From positions 24,889 through 88,888 of the forward strand of contig DATAST010000091.1 of assembly GCA_036269115.1 (NCBI GenBank): DNA of 64,000 nucleotides, read 5' to 3'. The number at the start of each line of letters is the position of its first letter. Position 1 is the first letter of the stretch. A program made the position numbers and the translations under genes. Below the pieces are notes generated by a model. The model did no database searches, had not been told where the DNA came from, and worked only from the letters and a program-made list of their open reading frames with translations. This DNA is from Verrucomicrobiia bacterium. GTDB lineage: Bacteria > Verrucomicrobiota > Verrucomicrobiia > Limisphaerales > UBA11358. Below are positions 42,001 through 51,821 of this stretch, in pieces.

Positions 42001-43800
42001 TCACTCCTTCTTCTGAGCCTTCACTTCGATGTAAAGATCCCGCAATTGCCGCGGCGACACCGGCGCCGGTGAATCTGTCATCAAATCCACGCCTTTGGCC
42101 GTCTTCGGAAACGCAATCACATCCCGGATGCTTGGCGTGCCGCAAAGAATGGCAATCAGCCGGTCAAAACCCAGCGCAATGCCGCCATGCGGTGGCGCTC
42201 CGTAACGGAACGCCTCGAGCATGTAGCCAAACCGCAGTTTTGTCTCGTCCGGTGAAATTTGCAGGACGTCCTCGAAAATCGTCTTCTGAACGTCCGGCTG
42301 ATGAATACGAATGGACCCGCCGCCAAGCTCCACGCCGTTTACTACGATGTCATAGTGCTGGCCGCGAACGCGTTTGGGTTCGGTCTTCAAAAACGGGATG
42401 TCTTCCGCCACCGCCGCGGTAAATGGATGATGGCTCGAATACCAGCGATTCTGCTCCTTATCGAAGCTCAACAACGGAAAATCCACGACCCACAGAAAAT
42501 CAAAGCGATGGGGGTCAATTACCAGTTTACCCTGTTCGCGCAAAACGTCCGCGCAGTAGAGCCGGATTTTTCCAAGTATCTCGCAGGCATTCAGCCATTG
42601 GTCCGCCGCGAACAAAATTAAATCGCCTTCCTCAATCTTTAATTTCGATATCAGCGCCGCTTTCTCCGCCTCGCTGAAAAACTTCACGATCGGCGATTTC
42701 CATTCACCGTTCTCCACCTTGATATAGGCGAGGCCCTTTGCGCCGAAGCTCTTCGCGTATTCGGTCATCGTCTCGATCTGTCCTTGCGTCGCGCCGGCCA
42801 GACCCTTTGCGTTGAGCGCCTTGACCACGCCGCCATTGGCAATGGCGCCGGCAAACACCTTGAAAGCGCTGCTGCGAAATTCCTCGGTAAAATCCCCCAG
42901 TTCCATTCCAAAGCGTGTGTCAGGCTTATCAATGCCGAAGCGATTCAAAGCTTCTTCAAATCGCAGCCGCTTGAACGGTGTCGGAATCTCCACGCCCAGC
43001 GCCGCTTTCCAAATCCGTTTAAGCAGCCCTTCGATTAGAGCATAAATGTCCTCGCGCTCGATGAACGACATTTCGATGTCCACCTGAGTGAATTCGAGCT
43101 GCCGGTCCGCCCGCTGGTCCTCGTCCCGAAAACAGCGCGCAATTTGAAAATATCGCTCGATTCCGCCCACCATCAGGATTTGCTTAAACTGCTGCGGAGA
43201 TTGCGGCAGCGCGTAGAACGTCGCCGGTTCGCGGCGATTCGGCACCAGGAACTCCCGGGCGCCTTCCGGCGTGGACTTAAACAAAATCGGCGTCTCGACT
43301 TCCAGAAAGCCTTGTTCATCCATGAACTGCCGCAAAGTAATGGCCACCTTGCTGCGCAGCCTCAAATTGCGAGCCATCTCAGGCCGGCGCAAATCCAGGT
43401 AACGATATTTCAGCCGCAACTCTTCATTCACCTTGTTTGACACTTCCGGATCATCCACCGGAAACGGCAGCACATCCGCCATATTCAGGACTTCCAACGT
43501 CAGCGCCATGACTTCGACTTCACCGGTGGGAATCTTTGAATTGTTCGTTCCAGCGGGACGCTGGCGAACTTTGCCCGAAATGCTCACCACGCATTCGCTG
43601 CGCAATTTTTCCGCGCGGGCGAATAGTTCCGCCGGCAAATCCGAAGGATCAAAAACCGTTTGGGTGCGGCCTTCACGGTCGCGAATATCGATAAAAATCA
43701 GGCCCCCAAGGTCGCGCCGGGAATGGACCCAGCCCGAGAGGGTCACCGACTGCCCGATGTGCGATGGGCGCAGTTCATTGCAATGATGCGTGCGTTTCAT
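42001..43800 (-). CDS. aspS: aspartyl-tRNA synthetase
   Basis: 599 aa. N-terminal OB fold (GWVHSRRDLGGLIFIDIRDREG), class II motifs, GAD insertion domain. Confidence 0.95.
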   Translation of the reverse strand: MKRTHHCNELRPSHIGQSVTLSGWVHSRRDLGGLIFIDIRDREGRTQTVFDPSDLPAELFARAEKLRSECVVSISGKVRQRPAGTNNSKIPTGEVEVMALTLEVLNMADVLPFPVDDPEVSNKVNEELRLKYRYLDLRRPEMARNLRLRSKVAITLRQFMDEQGFLEVETPILFKSTPEGAREFLVPNRREPATFYALPQSPQQFKQILMVGGIERYFQIARCFRDEDQRADRQLEFTQVDIEMSFIEREDIYALIEGLLKRIWKAALGVEIPTPFKRLRFEEALNRFGIDKPDTRFGMELGDFTEEFRSSAFKVFAGAIANGGVVKALNAKGLAGATQGQIETMTEYAKSFGAKGLAYIKVENGEWKSPIVKFFSEAEKAALISKLKIEEGDLILFAADQWLNACEILGKIRLYCADVLREQGKLVIDPHRFDFLWVVDFPLLSFDKEQNRWYSSHHPFTAAVAEDIPFLKTEPKRVRGQHYDIVVNGVELGGGSIRIHQPDVQKTIFEDVLQISPDETKLRFGYMLEAFRYGAPPHGGIALGFDRLIAILCGTPSIRDVIAFPKTAKGVDLMTDSPAPVSPRQLRDLYIEVKAQKKE

Positions 43801-43984
43801 TTAGTTCTCTGCCGCTATGAAGCGAACGCACAGACTGCCTGAAAATTGAACGAATTTCAATCCATTTCGATGAGTCACGCAGCAGCTGCCCCTCCTGTGC
43901 CGCAGAACGAAGGCGAGCGAAGGGATTCTGACTTTTTACGATTCGGCCCTGGTGTTAAGCCCGCCTCGTCGCTCTCCGTCTTTT

Positions 43985-44010
43985 AAATCGTAAATCGCAA
44001 ATCGCAAATC
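43985..44010 (+). repeat. short heptamer tandem repeat
   Basis: AAATCGT AAATCGC AAATCGC AAATC, immediately downstream (3') of the minus-strand gene that ends at 44019. Confidence 0.7.
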
Positions 44011-44018
44011 CCCCAGGC

Positions 44019-44423
44019 TCATTTCGCCCGTTTTCGATCGTTCAAGAGCTTAGTCGTGTCTGCATGGGCCAGCACCACGTCCGGGTCGCGCTGCAACGCT
44101 TCGAAATAATGACGCCCAAAACCTTGGCCCTCCTCCGAGGCCACAATCAGACGCCTGGCTTGTTGAATCAGCGCCAGCGCGCCTGAATCCGTCGCCGGCT
44201 TTTTGGAGTCCTGTGCCTCATCCATGGCAACAATCAATTGAGAAAGCGGTTGCAACCATCCGAACCAGGGGTCGTCGATGAGAAGTTGGAGAAACCGGTT
44301 CGGAGATTGAATAGGACCGACGACTTTTTCATAAGTCACGCGCTCCGACTCGACCAGTACCTTGTGCAGGCGCAACAGCGCGTCACGCACTTCCTGCAAT
44401 CGTTGGCCAGTGGCTTTCGTCAC
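44019..44423 (-). CDS. hypothetical protein (134 aa)
   Basis: Clean ORF with helical composition (..LLRLHKVLVESERVTYEKVVGPIQSPNRFLQLLIDDPWFGWLQPLSQLIV..). No family recognised. Confidence 0.6.
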   Translation of the reverse strand: MTKATGQRLQEVRDALLRLHKVLVESERVTYEKVVGPIQSPNRFLQLLIDDPWFGWLQPLSQLIVAMDEAQDSKKPATDSGALALIQQARRLIVASEEGQGFGRHYFEALQRDPDVVLAHADTTKLLNDRKRAK

Positions 44424-44548
44424 CCGGAAGCAGAATCGCCCTTTCTCCCCTCAGAGTCAACGGACAAACTATTCCCCGAAGGCCGTTTCGCGAATCGAAA
44501 CTCCTGAACCGCTGAAATGCTTCGGCGTATCAAACCATCTGACGGCAA

Positions 44549-44589
44549 TTCCCCCTCTCCTTGCGGGAGAGGGCAGGGGTGAGGGAGAG
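44549..44589 (+). repeat. repeat family F copy
   Basis: TTCCCCCTCTCCTTGCGGGAGAGGGCAGGGGTGAGGGAGAG hairpin. Its flanks (ATCAAACCATCTGACGG / GTCTTCCGTACG) also match the copy at 55763-55832. Confidence 0.85.
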
Positions 44590-44758
44590 TCTTCCGTACG
44601 CAGATGATTGTTCCCTGATCATGGGGCTTTCAGAATCGAAAACCGCTTCAACGTTCTTGCCGCGGCGTAGCTCAGCGAAGACGGGTCAACATTTCAACAG
44701 TTCAACATCCCAACCTTTTTCACTCGCATTTCCTGCTCAACGGAGTTAATTTATACTA

Positions 44759-45703
44759 ATGAGGGATTTACAGCCGCCAGAAGTCATTTTCACGCATGAA
44801 AGCGATTTGGACGGATTGCTTTCGGGCGTCCTCCTCAAGCGACTTGCAAAGAAACTGTTCAATACCGAAGTCCGCATCGAAGCCTTCCATTACAATTACT
44901 GGAAACAGCGCGACTTGCGGGAACGCGCCGCCTGGGTCGCCGATTTTACCTTCGAAACGCGCATGGACAAACCCGAATGGCTTGTCGTGGACCATCATGT
45001 CACCGACGCCTCGCCCAAATACACTCGTTTCATCCACGATCTGAACAAATCCGCGGCCACCCTCTGCTACGAGTTATGCAAGGAAAGCGGCATCCAATCG
45101 CCGGCGCTCGATCGCCTCGTCCATTTGAATAACGTCGCAGACCTGTTCCTTGTGGATGACCCGGACTTTGTCCTAGCCACCGATTACGCCAGCCTCGTCA
45201 AATCCTATCAATTTTGGAACCTGCATACCCTCATCGGTGGCGACATCGAAAAACTGGTCGACCATCCGCTGCTCGAAGTTATGGCGGTGAGGAGGCGCGT
45301 GGAAAATCCGCTCGGCTTCGAATGGAGCAAATCGAACGTTAGCGAAATTTCTTCCACTGTCGGCTTCGTCGACACCGTCATTGGCAACAACAACTTGGTT
45401 GTGCATCAACTCCTGGAACAGCACGCCACGAAGTATCCCGTCCTGGTGACGCTCTTTCGCCGCGGCAGCCTCGTATTTGCCAGTTTTCGGAGTCACAACG
45501 GCGAAGCGCTCAAAGTCGCCGAAAAATTCCAGGGCGGCGGCCATGCCAACGCCGCGGGCGCGCTTCTGCCCAAATCCATTCGTACCGTCCCTGACGGAGT
45601 CGACTACCTGCGCCAGATCCTGAACGTGAAAAACCACGTCCGCCATTCCCCGCTCAATAGCCTCGAAAACCTTTTCGCCGCCGTAGAGGCAAAGAAAACC
45701 TAG
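44759..45703 (+). CDS. DHH/DHHA1 phosphoesterase (NrnA-like)
   Basis: 314 aa. HESDLDGLLS (DxD), VVDHHVT (DHH) and GGGHANAAG (DHHA1) motifs. Confidence 0.85.
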   Translation: MRDLQPPEVIFTHESDLDGLLSGVLLKRLAKKLFNTEVRIEAFHYNYWKQRDLRERAAWVADFTFETRMDKPEWLVVDHHVTDASPKYTRFIHDLNKSAATLCYELCKESGIQSPALDRLVHLNNVADLFLVDDPDFVLATDYASLVKSYQFWNLHTLIGGDIEKLVDHPLLEVMAVRRRVENPLGFEWSKSNVSEISSTVGFVDTVIGNNNLVVHQLLEQHATKYPVLVTLFRRGSLVFASFRSHNGEALKVAEKFQGGGHANAAGALLPKSIRTVPDGVDYLRQILNVKNHVRHSPLNSLENLFAAVEAKKT

Positions 45704-45718
45704 TTTATTGGGCATTGG

Positions 45719-48700
45719 ATGTTGGATCTTCCGTGGTGCTTGGAGATTGGAGATTTTCCGCTCCATCCGTCCTATGCGTCTCATATGTCCCGCCTCAGGA
45801 CTGTGGACTGTGGACTGCGGACGGTTTATTCTTCTTCCGTGGACATCGCAGGCACGGAAAAAAATTCCCTCACGCCATCACAACAGGAAGCCGTAGCAGC
45901 GCGCGGCAATGTTTTGGTCATGGCGGGTGCGGGCACGGGTAAGACGCACACGCTCGTGGAACGCTGTCTTGATCTGATCTGCAACGACCGCGTTTCGCTC
46001 GACGAAATGCTGATCGTTACTTTCACCGAAGCCGCGGCTGCGGAAGTGCGCGAGCGTCTCCGCGAGGGATTGGGAAAAGCGGCGGCTAAAGCGCCTTCCG
46101 ATATGCATCTGCCGGAGCAGTTGGCGCTGTTCGACGCCGCGCACATCGGCACCCTGCATAGTTTTTGTTTCAAACTTGTGCGCGAACATTTTCATGCGCT
46201 GGGTTTGGACCCTCAACTCGCCGTGCTCGACGAAGCCCAGTCCCGCCTGCTCGCAGATGAAATCCTCGAGGAACAATTCCAATCGCACTATGAATATGTA
46301 CCGCAGGTTTCCAAACCTGCTGTATCGCCGATTTCCAAATCGGCAAGTCGTCCGAATGCTGATTCAGCCGGGAGTAATCAGTTTGACGTGCCATCGCCCG
46401 AGGGTTTCGCGGATAATTTCCAGGAATTGATAACTGTCTATGGCAACGGCCGTGACGATACAATTCGCGCGCTCGTGCTGCGGTTGCACCATTACGTCCA
46501 AACACGGGCGGATGCCGAAAGCTGGCTGCAACGGCAAATTGAAGGTTTTTCCTCTGCTGAACCGGCCCAATGGCGGGTATGGTATTTACAGGCAGTTCAG
46601 CAATGGCGGGACGAGTGGCTGGCAATTCTTAAAGATCTTCGTGCCGAAAATATTAAAGCCGCAGAATGCCTGGAGTTCTTGGAGCAGATCGAAACGGTGA
46701 ATCCGGGAGGCGGCGCCCTGTCCACCGTAGCCTTGGCGAAGGTGGATGCCCGCGTAGAGGGGGCGGAAGCTTTCAAGCCCATGACTCGTATGTTTGGCCC
46801 GTTATTTAGAAAAATCGCGGCAGCGGACCGAACGGAGAGTTATCCATACCGAAAGAAAACGATTTTGCGCAAGCCGTTGGAACGATTTTTTGATGATGCT
46901 GAGTTTTTGGGGTCGCTGGTTCCGGATGTGCCGCCTCGGCCGGCCGCGAACACCGAAGATTCGCAGGTCGAGGATGAGGCGGAGAAACCGGAGACACCCG
47001 TCAAAACCGCTTCCATTCCGCAAAACACGACGAATGCCAAACCGGCTCTTGCTACCCCGCCGGTCCGCCTTCGCAAATCTGCTGCGGCCCGGAAAGCCGA
47101 AGCCGAGCTGGAATTTCAGTTGGATTTTTTTGTTCGGCCGGAAGTTGGCAAGCAGGCGCCGGGACCGGGCGATCAAGGCACCCCTTCAGAGACGCGAGCG
47201 GACCCACAAATCCAGGAACCCGCCCTCCGTAGCCCAGGCGAAGGAGCGTCCAGGAACCGGCCCCCCGGCGCCTTGGCGAAGGAGGGCCTGCCCGCCGTAG
47301 CCTTGGCGAAGGAGGGTCCATTAATCCAAAATCCCACCGGCCCGCAACTAATCAAAGATGATTCTCCCGATCCTTTGCGCGAGGATTGGGAGTGGAGCAG
47401 GGGACACATGAAGACTCTGCTGCTGCTGGCAAAGGAATTTTCCGAAAAATTCGCCGCTCGCAAACGCGCCGACGGCGTCGTGGATTTCCACGACCTGGAG
47501 CAATTTTCGATTCAATTACTGGCAGGTACATCGCATGTGACAGATGCTGTTACCCCCACCGCTGCCGAATGGCGGCAAAAACTCCGCTTCACCTTCGTTG
47601 ACGAATACCAGGACATCAATGCCGCGCAGGACAAAATTATTTCCGCCCTGGGCGCCGACAACCGGTTTCTGGTCGGCGACGTCAAGCAAAGCATCTACCG
47701 TTTTCGCCTGGCTGACCCCGCCATTTTCCGGAATTACGCGAAGAGCCCCGGCGATTGGAATGCCCGGGTCCTTTCCCTCACGGAAAATTTCCGCAGCCGC
47801 GAAGGATTGCTGGATTTTGTGAACTCGATCTTCGAGCCCCTCATGACCGAAGACATGGGCGGCGTGCCATATGACGAGTTGGCGAAATTGAAATTTGGGG
47901 CGCCGGCCACTCGGGCCGCTTTGGCAGTCAGTCAAAATTCGGGGCTCCGGGTTGAGATGTTATTGCGCGAAAAGAAACGCAGTGAAAATGCCGACGCGGC
48001 GGTCGGCGACGACCCGCTTGCGGATTTGCAGGAATCTGAACTGGAAGCCCTGGCGCTGGCGGCCCGTCTGCGCGAGTTAAAGGAGTCAGGCGAGACGGTT
48101 TGGGACAACGGCACGATGCGCCCGGCCAAATGGAGCGACTTCGCCGTGCTGTTGCGGTCGCCGGGCAGCAAGGCGGAAGTCTATGCGAAACAATTCGATC
48201 GCGCCGGCGTGCCGTTGTTGGTTGAACGCGGCGGATTTTATGACAGCAGCGAAATTTCGGATTTATTAAGCGTGCTGCAACTCGCCGATAATCCATTGCA
48301 GGACGTGCCGTGCATCGCTGTTTTGCGCTCGCCGCTCGTTGGCTGTTCGCTGGACGAACTTGCGGAAATTCGCCTGGCTGCGTCCGGCCATTTTTGGCTC
48401 GCCCTGAATCGCGCTGCCACTCCCGGCTCAGGCGTCACAGATGATACGCGGCTAAAGATCGAAAAATTTCTGCGGCGATTTTCAGGATGGCGAAAGCTCG
48501 CCCGGCAGACCTCGCTCTCCGAATGCCTCGACGCCATCCTGACCGACACGCATTACGACGACTGGCTGCAGTCGCGTCCGCGTGGCGCGCATCGGTACGC
48601 AAACGTCCAGCGTTTTTTGCGCCTGGCCGAACAGTTCGACGACTTTCAACGCCAGGGACTTTTCCGGTTTTTAAAATTTGTCGAAGCCCAGCGCAAGATT

Positions 48701-50056
48701 GAGGCCGAGCCGGACGTGGCGCCTCTGGCGGAAGAAGACGTCGTGCGGCTGATGAGCATTCACCAGAGCAAAGGTCTGGAATTTCCCGTGGTGGCCTTGC
48801 CGGATCTCGGCAAAACCTTCAATGAACAGGACTTGCGCGGCGATATTATTTTAGACGAACAATTCGGCTTGTGTCCGAAGGTGAAACCGCCATCCAGCGG
48901 CGGTCGTTATCCAAGCCTGGCGTACTGGCTGGCCCGGAAAAATCAGCGGCGCGAATTGCGCGGCGAGGAATTGCGACTGCTTTACGTCGCTCTCACGCGC
49001 GCGCGGGACAAGCTCATCTTGAGCGGCGGCGTTTCGATAAAAAAATGGGATGCCTGGTTTGCGGACGGCGCCGCGCCTGGCCCGCGCGAAATTCTGTCCG
49101 CCAATAGTTGCATGGATTGGTTTGGCATGTGGTTTGCAATCCAGGGTCTAAATGTCACGCTTGAAGCCGGGGCGCATGGCGAATCGCCTCTTCTGCGCTG
49201 GCGCGTAGTGGACGATCGGTTGGCAAGTCCAGGCGTCGCCGTTACAAGCCACCGGACGATAATTCCCCCTCTCCCTCAGGGAGAGGGCAGGGGTGAGGGT
49301 GGGTCGGACCCAAGACTGACACGCTTATCCTCGACCGAGCTGTCCAAAAAACTAAACTGGAAATATCCATTCGAGGCGGCGACTCGGAGCAAAGCCAAAA
49401 AATCGGTGACAGCGTTACGCCGTGAAATGGCGGATGATGAGGCCGAACAACCGTATCGCCAGCCCATTCGGCGCGCGCCCGCGGTCAGGATCTCGAGCCG
49501 GCAGCGGACGACGTCGCGTCTAAATGCCGCCGATACCGGTTTGGCGCACCATAAATTCCTTCAACACTTCGCATTTGAAACCACGATCGACTTAAAATCA
49601 TTTGCAGCGGAAGCGAACCGGCTGGAAGAGGCAAATTATCTTTCCACGGATGAAGTAAAGGCGCTGGATCTGGAAGCGCTCGCTGATTTTTGGAATTCGG
49701 AGATGGGAAAGCGGGTCCGGTCCAATGCGGCGCACGTGCACCGCGAGCTTGCGTTCACGGCCGGTTTCGCGCCCGGGGAATTGGATAAAATTTTTGGGAA
49801 AGAGCCGGGCACGGACTTGAACGGCGAAATGATTGTGGTCCAGGGCATCGCCGATTTGGCGGTGCTGCTCGATAAAGAAATCTGGTTGGTGGATTTCAAA
49901 ACCGATGAGGTGACGCTGAAGGATATGGCGGAAAAAGTCGCTCTCTATTCACCGCAGTTGAAGCTCTACGCGCGCGCCCTCGAGAAGATTTATTCCCGTC
50001 CAGTCACCGATTGCCGCCTGCATTTCCTGGCCGTGAGAAAAACCGTCGCAATCTGA
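45719..50056 (+). CDS. UvrD/Rep-family helicase fused to PD-(D/E)XK nuclease (AddA/RecB-like)
   Basis: Walker A MAGAGTGKTHTL and UvrD motifs. C-terminal RecB-type nuclease (VVQGIADLAVLLDKEIWLVDFKTD, QLKLYARAL). GTG 45839 (MDIAGTEKNSLTPSQQEAV) is a likelier start than ATG 45719, whose extension is repeat-derived. Contains several in-frame repeat insertions. Confidence 0.85.
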   Translation: MLDLPWCLEIGDFPLHPSYASHMSRLRTVDCGLRTVYSSSVDIAGTEKNSLTPSQQEAVAARGNVLVMAGAGTGKTHTLVERCLDLICNDRVSLDEMLIVTFTEAAAAEVRERLREGLGKAAAKAPSDMHLPEQLALFDAAHIGTLHSFCFKLVREHFHALGLDPQLAVLDEAQSRLLADEILEEQFQSHYEYVPQVSKPAVSPISKSASRPNADSAGSNQFDVPSPEGFADNFQELITVYGNGRDDTIRALVLRLHHYVQTRADAESWLQRQIEGFSSAEPAQWRVWYLQAVQQWRDEWLAILKDLRAENIKAAECLEFLEQIETVNPGGGALSTVALAKVDARVEGAEAFKPMTRMFGPLFRKIAAADRTESYPYRKKTILRKPLERFFDDAEFLGSLVPDVPPRPAANTEDSQVEDEAEKPETPVKTASIPQNTTNAKPALATPPVRLRKSAAARKAEAELEFQLDFFVRPEVGKQAPGPGDQGTPSETRADPQIQEPALRSPGEGASRNRPPGALAKEGLPAVALAKEGPLIQNPTGPQLIKDDSPDPLREDWEWSRGHMKTLLLLAKEFSEKFAARKRADGVVDFHDLEQFSIQLLAGTSHVTDAVTPTAAEWRQKLRFTFVDEYQDINAAQDKIISALGADNRFLVGDVKQSIYRFRLADPAIFRNYAKSPGDWNARVLSLTENFRSREGLLDFVNSIFEPLMTEDMGGVPYDELAKLKFGAPATRAALAVSQNSGLRVEMLLREKKRSENADAAVGDDPLADLQESELEALALAARLRELKESGETVWDNGTMRPAKWSDFAVLLRSPGSKAEVYAKQFDRAGVPLLVERGGFYDSSEISDLLSVLQLADNPLQDVPCIAVLRSPLVGCSLDELAEIRLAASGHFWLALNRAATPGSGVTDDTRLKIEKFLRRFSGWRKLARQTSLSECLDAILTDTHYDDWLQSRPRGAHRYANVQRFLRLAEQFDDFQRQGLFRFLKFVEAQRKIEAEPDVAPLAEEDVVRLMSIHQSKGLEFPVVALPDLGKTFNEQDLRGDIILDEQFGLCPKVKPPSSGGRYPSLAYWLARKNQRRELRGEELRLLYVALTRARDKLILSGGVSIKKWDAWFADGAAPGPREILSANSCMDWFGMWFAIQGLNVTLEAGAHGESPLLRWRVVDDRLASPGVAVTSHRTIIPPLPQGEGRGEGGSDPRLTRLSSTELSKKLNWKYPFEAATRSKAKKSVTALRREMADDEAEQPYRQPIRRAPAVRISSRQRTTSRLNAADTGLAHHKFLQHFAFETTIDLKSFAAEANRLEEANYLSTDEVKALDLEALADFWNSEMGKRVRSNAAHVHRELAFTAGFAPGELDKIFGKEPGTDLNGEMIVVQGIADLAVLLDKEIWLVDFKTDEVTLKDMAEKVALYSPQLKLYARALEKIYSRPVTDCRLHFLAVRKTVAI
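46298..46371 (+). repeat. repeat family E copy inside the AddA-like CDS
   Basis: GTACCGCAGGTTTCCAAACCTGCTGTATCGCCGATTTCCAAATCGGCAAG.., translated in frame as VPQVSKPAVSPISKSASRPNADSAG. Confidence 0.85.
49263..49303 (+). repeat. repeat family F copy inside the AddA-like CDS
   Basis: TTCCCCCTCTCCCTCAGGGAGAGGGCAGGGGTGAGGGTGGG, translated in frame as IPPLPQGEGRGEGGS. Confidence 0.85.
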
Positions 50057-50060
50057 CAAA

Positions 50061-50150
50061 GCCGTACCGCAGACTTCCAAGTCTGCTGTATCGCAGGTTT
50101 CCAAACCTGCAAGGCGTGCGCGGTGGTGATCCGTCCGATTTGGATGTCAG
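50061..50150 (+). repeat. repeat family E copy
   Basis: GCAGACTTCCAAGTCTGC and GCAGGTTTCCAAACCTGC hairpins in tandem, starting 5 nt after the AddA-like stop. Confidence 0.85.
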
Positions 50151-50274
50151 CGATGCAAAAGTCTTCCACCATCTCCCGCTTCAACGCTTCAACCCGGATT
50201 TGCGTTAGACATTGTCGTTTCGAACCATTGGACGACAATTCCATCTACTGAGTGGCTGGTTGAAGACCTCTTTT

Positions 50275-50430
50275 CAGCCGAGGTATGAGGCTCTAACTGA
50301 AAGCCCTGATAAGGGCGCAATATAACAGCCCGGGGCAGAGCGCGAGTCGGCGAGTGCGCCGCCCCGGGTAAAACGCCCCAAATATAAGCCGCTGACTGCG
50401 GAGCCGCGCGATAGCGCGAGTTTGATCTGC
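50275..50430 (-). repeat. repeat family C copy
   Basis: The reverse complement aligns with 15168-15302, and its tail matches 9888-9936. Confidence 0.85.
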
Positions 50431-50600
50431 GGCCTTTTCCCTGCTCTCTCCGTCAAACGCCGGGCGAGCGCCAGAACCGTTTTGTGCAACTCTAATGCAA
50501 CGCAATTGGAATTCACGTCCCAAAGCGGCTTTGGCTGTGACACTTGCCTTGAAGCGAACCACCCCAACGCAAAATCCGGGTTTCAACGTTTTAGCGTACT

Positions 50601-51503
50601 TCAATCCGCCTCAAGCGCCAGCGTATCCTGGCTCGGTGCTGCACCGTTGGATGCATTCGAAATTTCCGGGCTCTCTGCCGGTGTTTCCGGTGATGATTCG
50701 GTTTCGGGTGCGGCAGGAGCGGGAGTCTCTTCGCGGACGTGGACCAGGGCTGGTCGCAGCATTTTTCCCTGAAACGTATAGCCCAGTGCCAAAGTCTCCG
50801 AAATGACCGCACCCTCGGCGGGTTGTTTCGTATCCACTGGTTTATGCCGAGCGGCGTCAAACGGTTCATTGGGTTGCGCTACATAACCATTGAGGCCCAA
50901 ACGGCGTACGGCGCCCTGGCAGGCATTTTGAAATTGTGAAATCTGCTCGGCCACTTTTGGCTGGTCGGACCGAACAGCGGCCACGTGCATGGCGAAAGTA
51001 TGATCCAGGATGCGTACCAGCACTTGCAGCCATTCGGATTCACCGCGACGAAGTTTTTCCACTTCCAGCCGCATGGCCGCCTTTTCGCTGTCGTTCATCT
51101 TCTTCATGAACTCCGAAAACTCGCGAACTTCCGCGCCCATTTTGTCGGCGATTTGACGCGCAGACGTCGCGGTCTTTTCCGCGTTTTCTCCGACAAACTC
51201 CTGCACCGCCGCCCACCGCCCGGTGGCCGCGGAAATTTGGGCGCAAAATTGATCCAGGTTTTGGATTTTTTCGGCCACGGCTCCCAGGGCATTGATCTCG
51301 ATGACTTTGCCCATCGCCCGGTAATCCAGGATGAATGGAATAATCCCTATGCCCGCGCCCAGTGCAACGCAGACCACAAACACTTCCCAATGCCGGATAG
51401 CATGCGGGGCCTGGACGGCAAAAATATAGCCACCTACGACCAGCAACAGTTGAGCTGTTATAAACGGCCACTTCGGCACTTCCCATTTTAGAGCATCGTT
51501 CAT
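50601..51503 (-). CDS. membrane-anchored protein with C-terminal GrpE-like domain
   Basis: 300 aa with two N-terminal TM helices (WPFITAQLLLVVGGYIFAV; VFVVCVALGAGIGIIPFIL) and a coiled coil. Then LVRILDHTFAM..VRRLGLNGYVAQPNEPFDAARHKPVD..GAVISETLALGYTFQGKMLRPALVHV, which follows the GrpE pattern (G..FDP..H.AV...G.V....GY.L.GR.LRPA.V.V). Confidence 0.6.
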   Translation of the reverse strand: MNDALKWEVPKWPFITAQLLLVVGGYIFAVQAPHAIRHWEVFVVCVALGAGIGIIPFILDYRAMGKVIEINALGAVAEKIQNLDQFCAQISAATGRWAAVQEFVGENAEKTATSARQIADKMGAEVREFSEFMKKMNDSEKAAMRLEVEKLRRGESEWLQVLVRILDHTFAMHVAAVRSDQPKVAEQISQFQNACQGAVRRLGLNGYVAQPNEPFDAARHKPVDTKQPAEGAVISETLALGYTFQGKMLRPALVHVREETPAPAAPETESSPETPAESPEISNASNGAAPSQDTLALEAD

Positions 51504-51674
51504 GTTGAACAGTTTCAGCTAAAGTTACAGCAAGTGCAACGCCAACTTTCCGAATGTCGGGTGTCCGATTTTTGGGCAATGAGGGGAGTCCGGATATTGT
51601 TCGCCCTAACGAACTTGCGCATTGAACCCTTGAACCACCCTCGTCTTTAACCGCATCAAATAATCGGACGATTA

Positions 51675-51715
51675 TTCTCCCTCTCCTTGCGGGAGAGGGC
51701 AGGGGTGAGGGAGAG
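51675..51715 (+). repeat. repeat family F copy
   Basis: TTCTCCCTCTCCTTGCGGGAGAGGGCAGGGGTGAGGGAGAG, upstream of gltX. Confidence 0.85.
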
Positions 51716-51821
51716 CCTCCCGGATGATAACTTCTGCCGATTCATAGAAACCCATTTTCACCCGCCCTTGCGAACGTTTTTGATTTCTAATTTTTTATTT
51801 TTCTCCTTTAATTCTTGTTCG

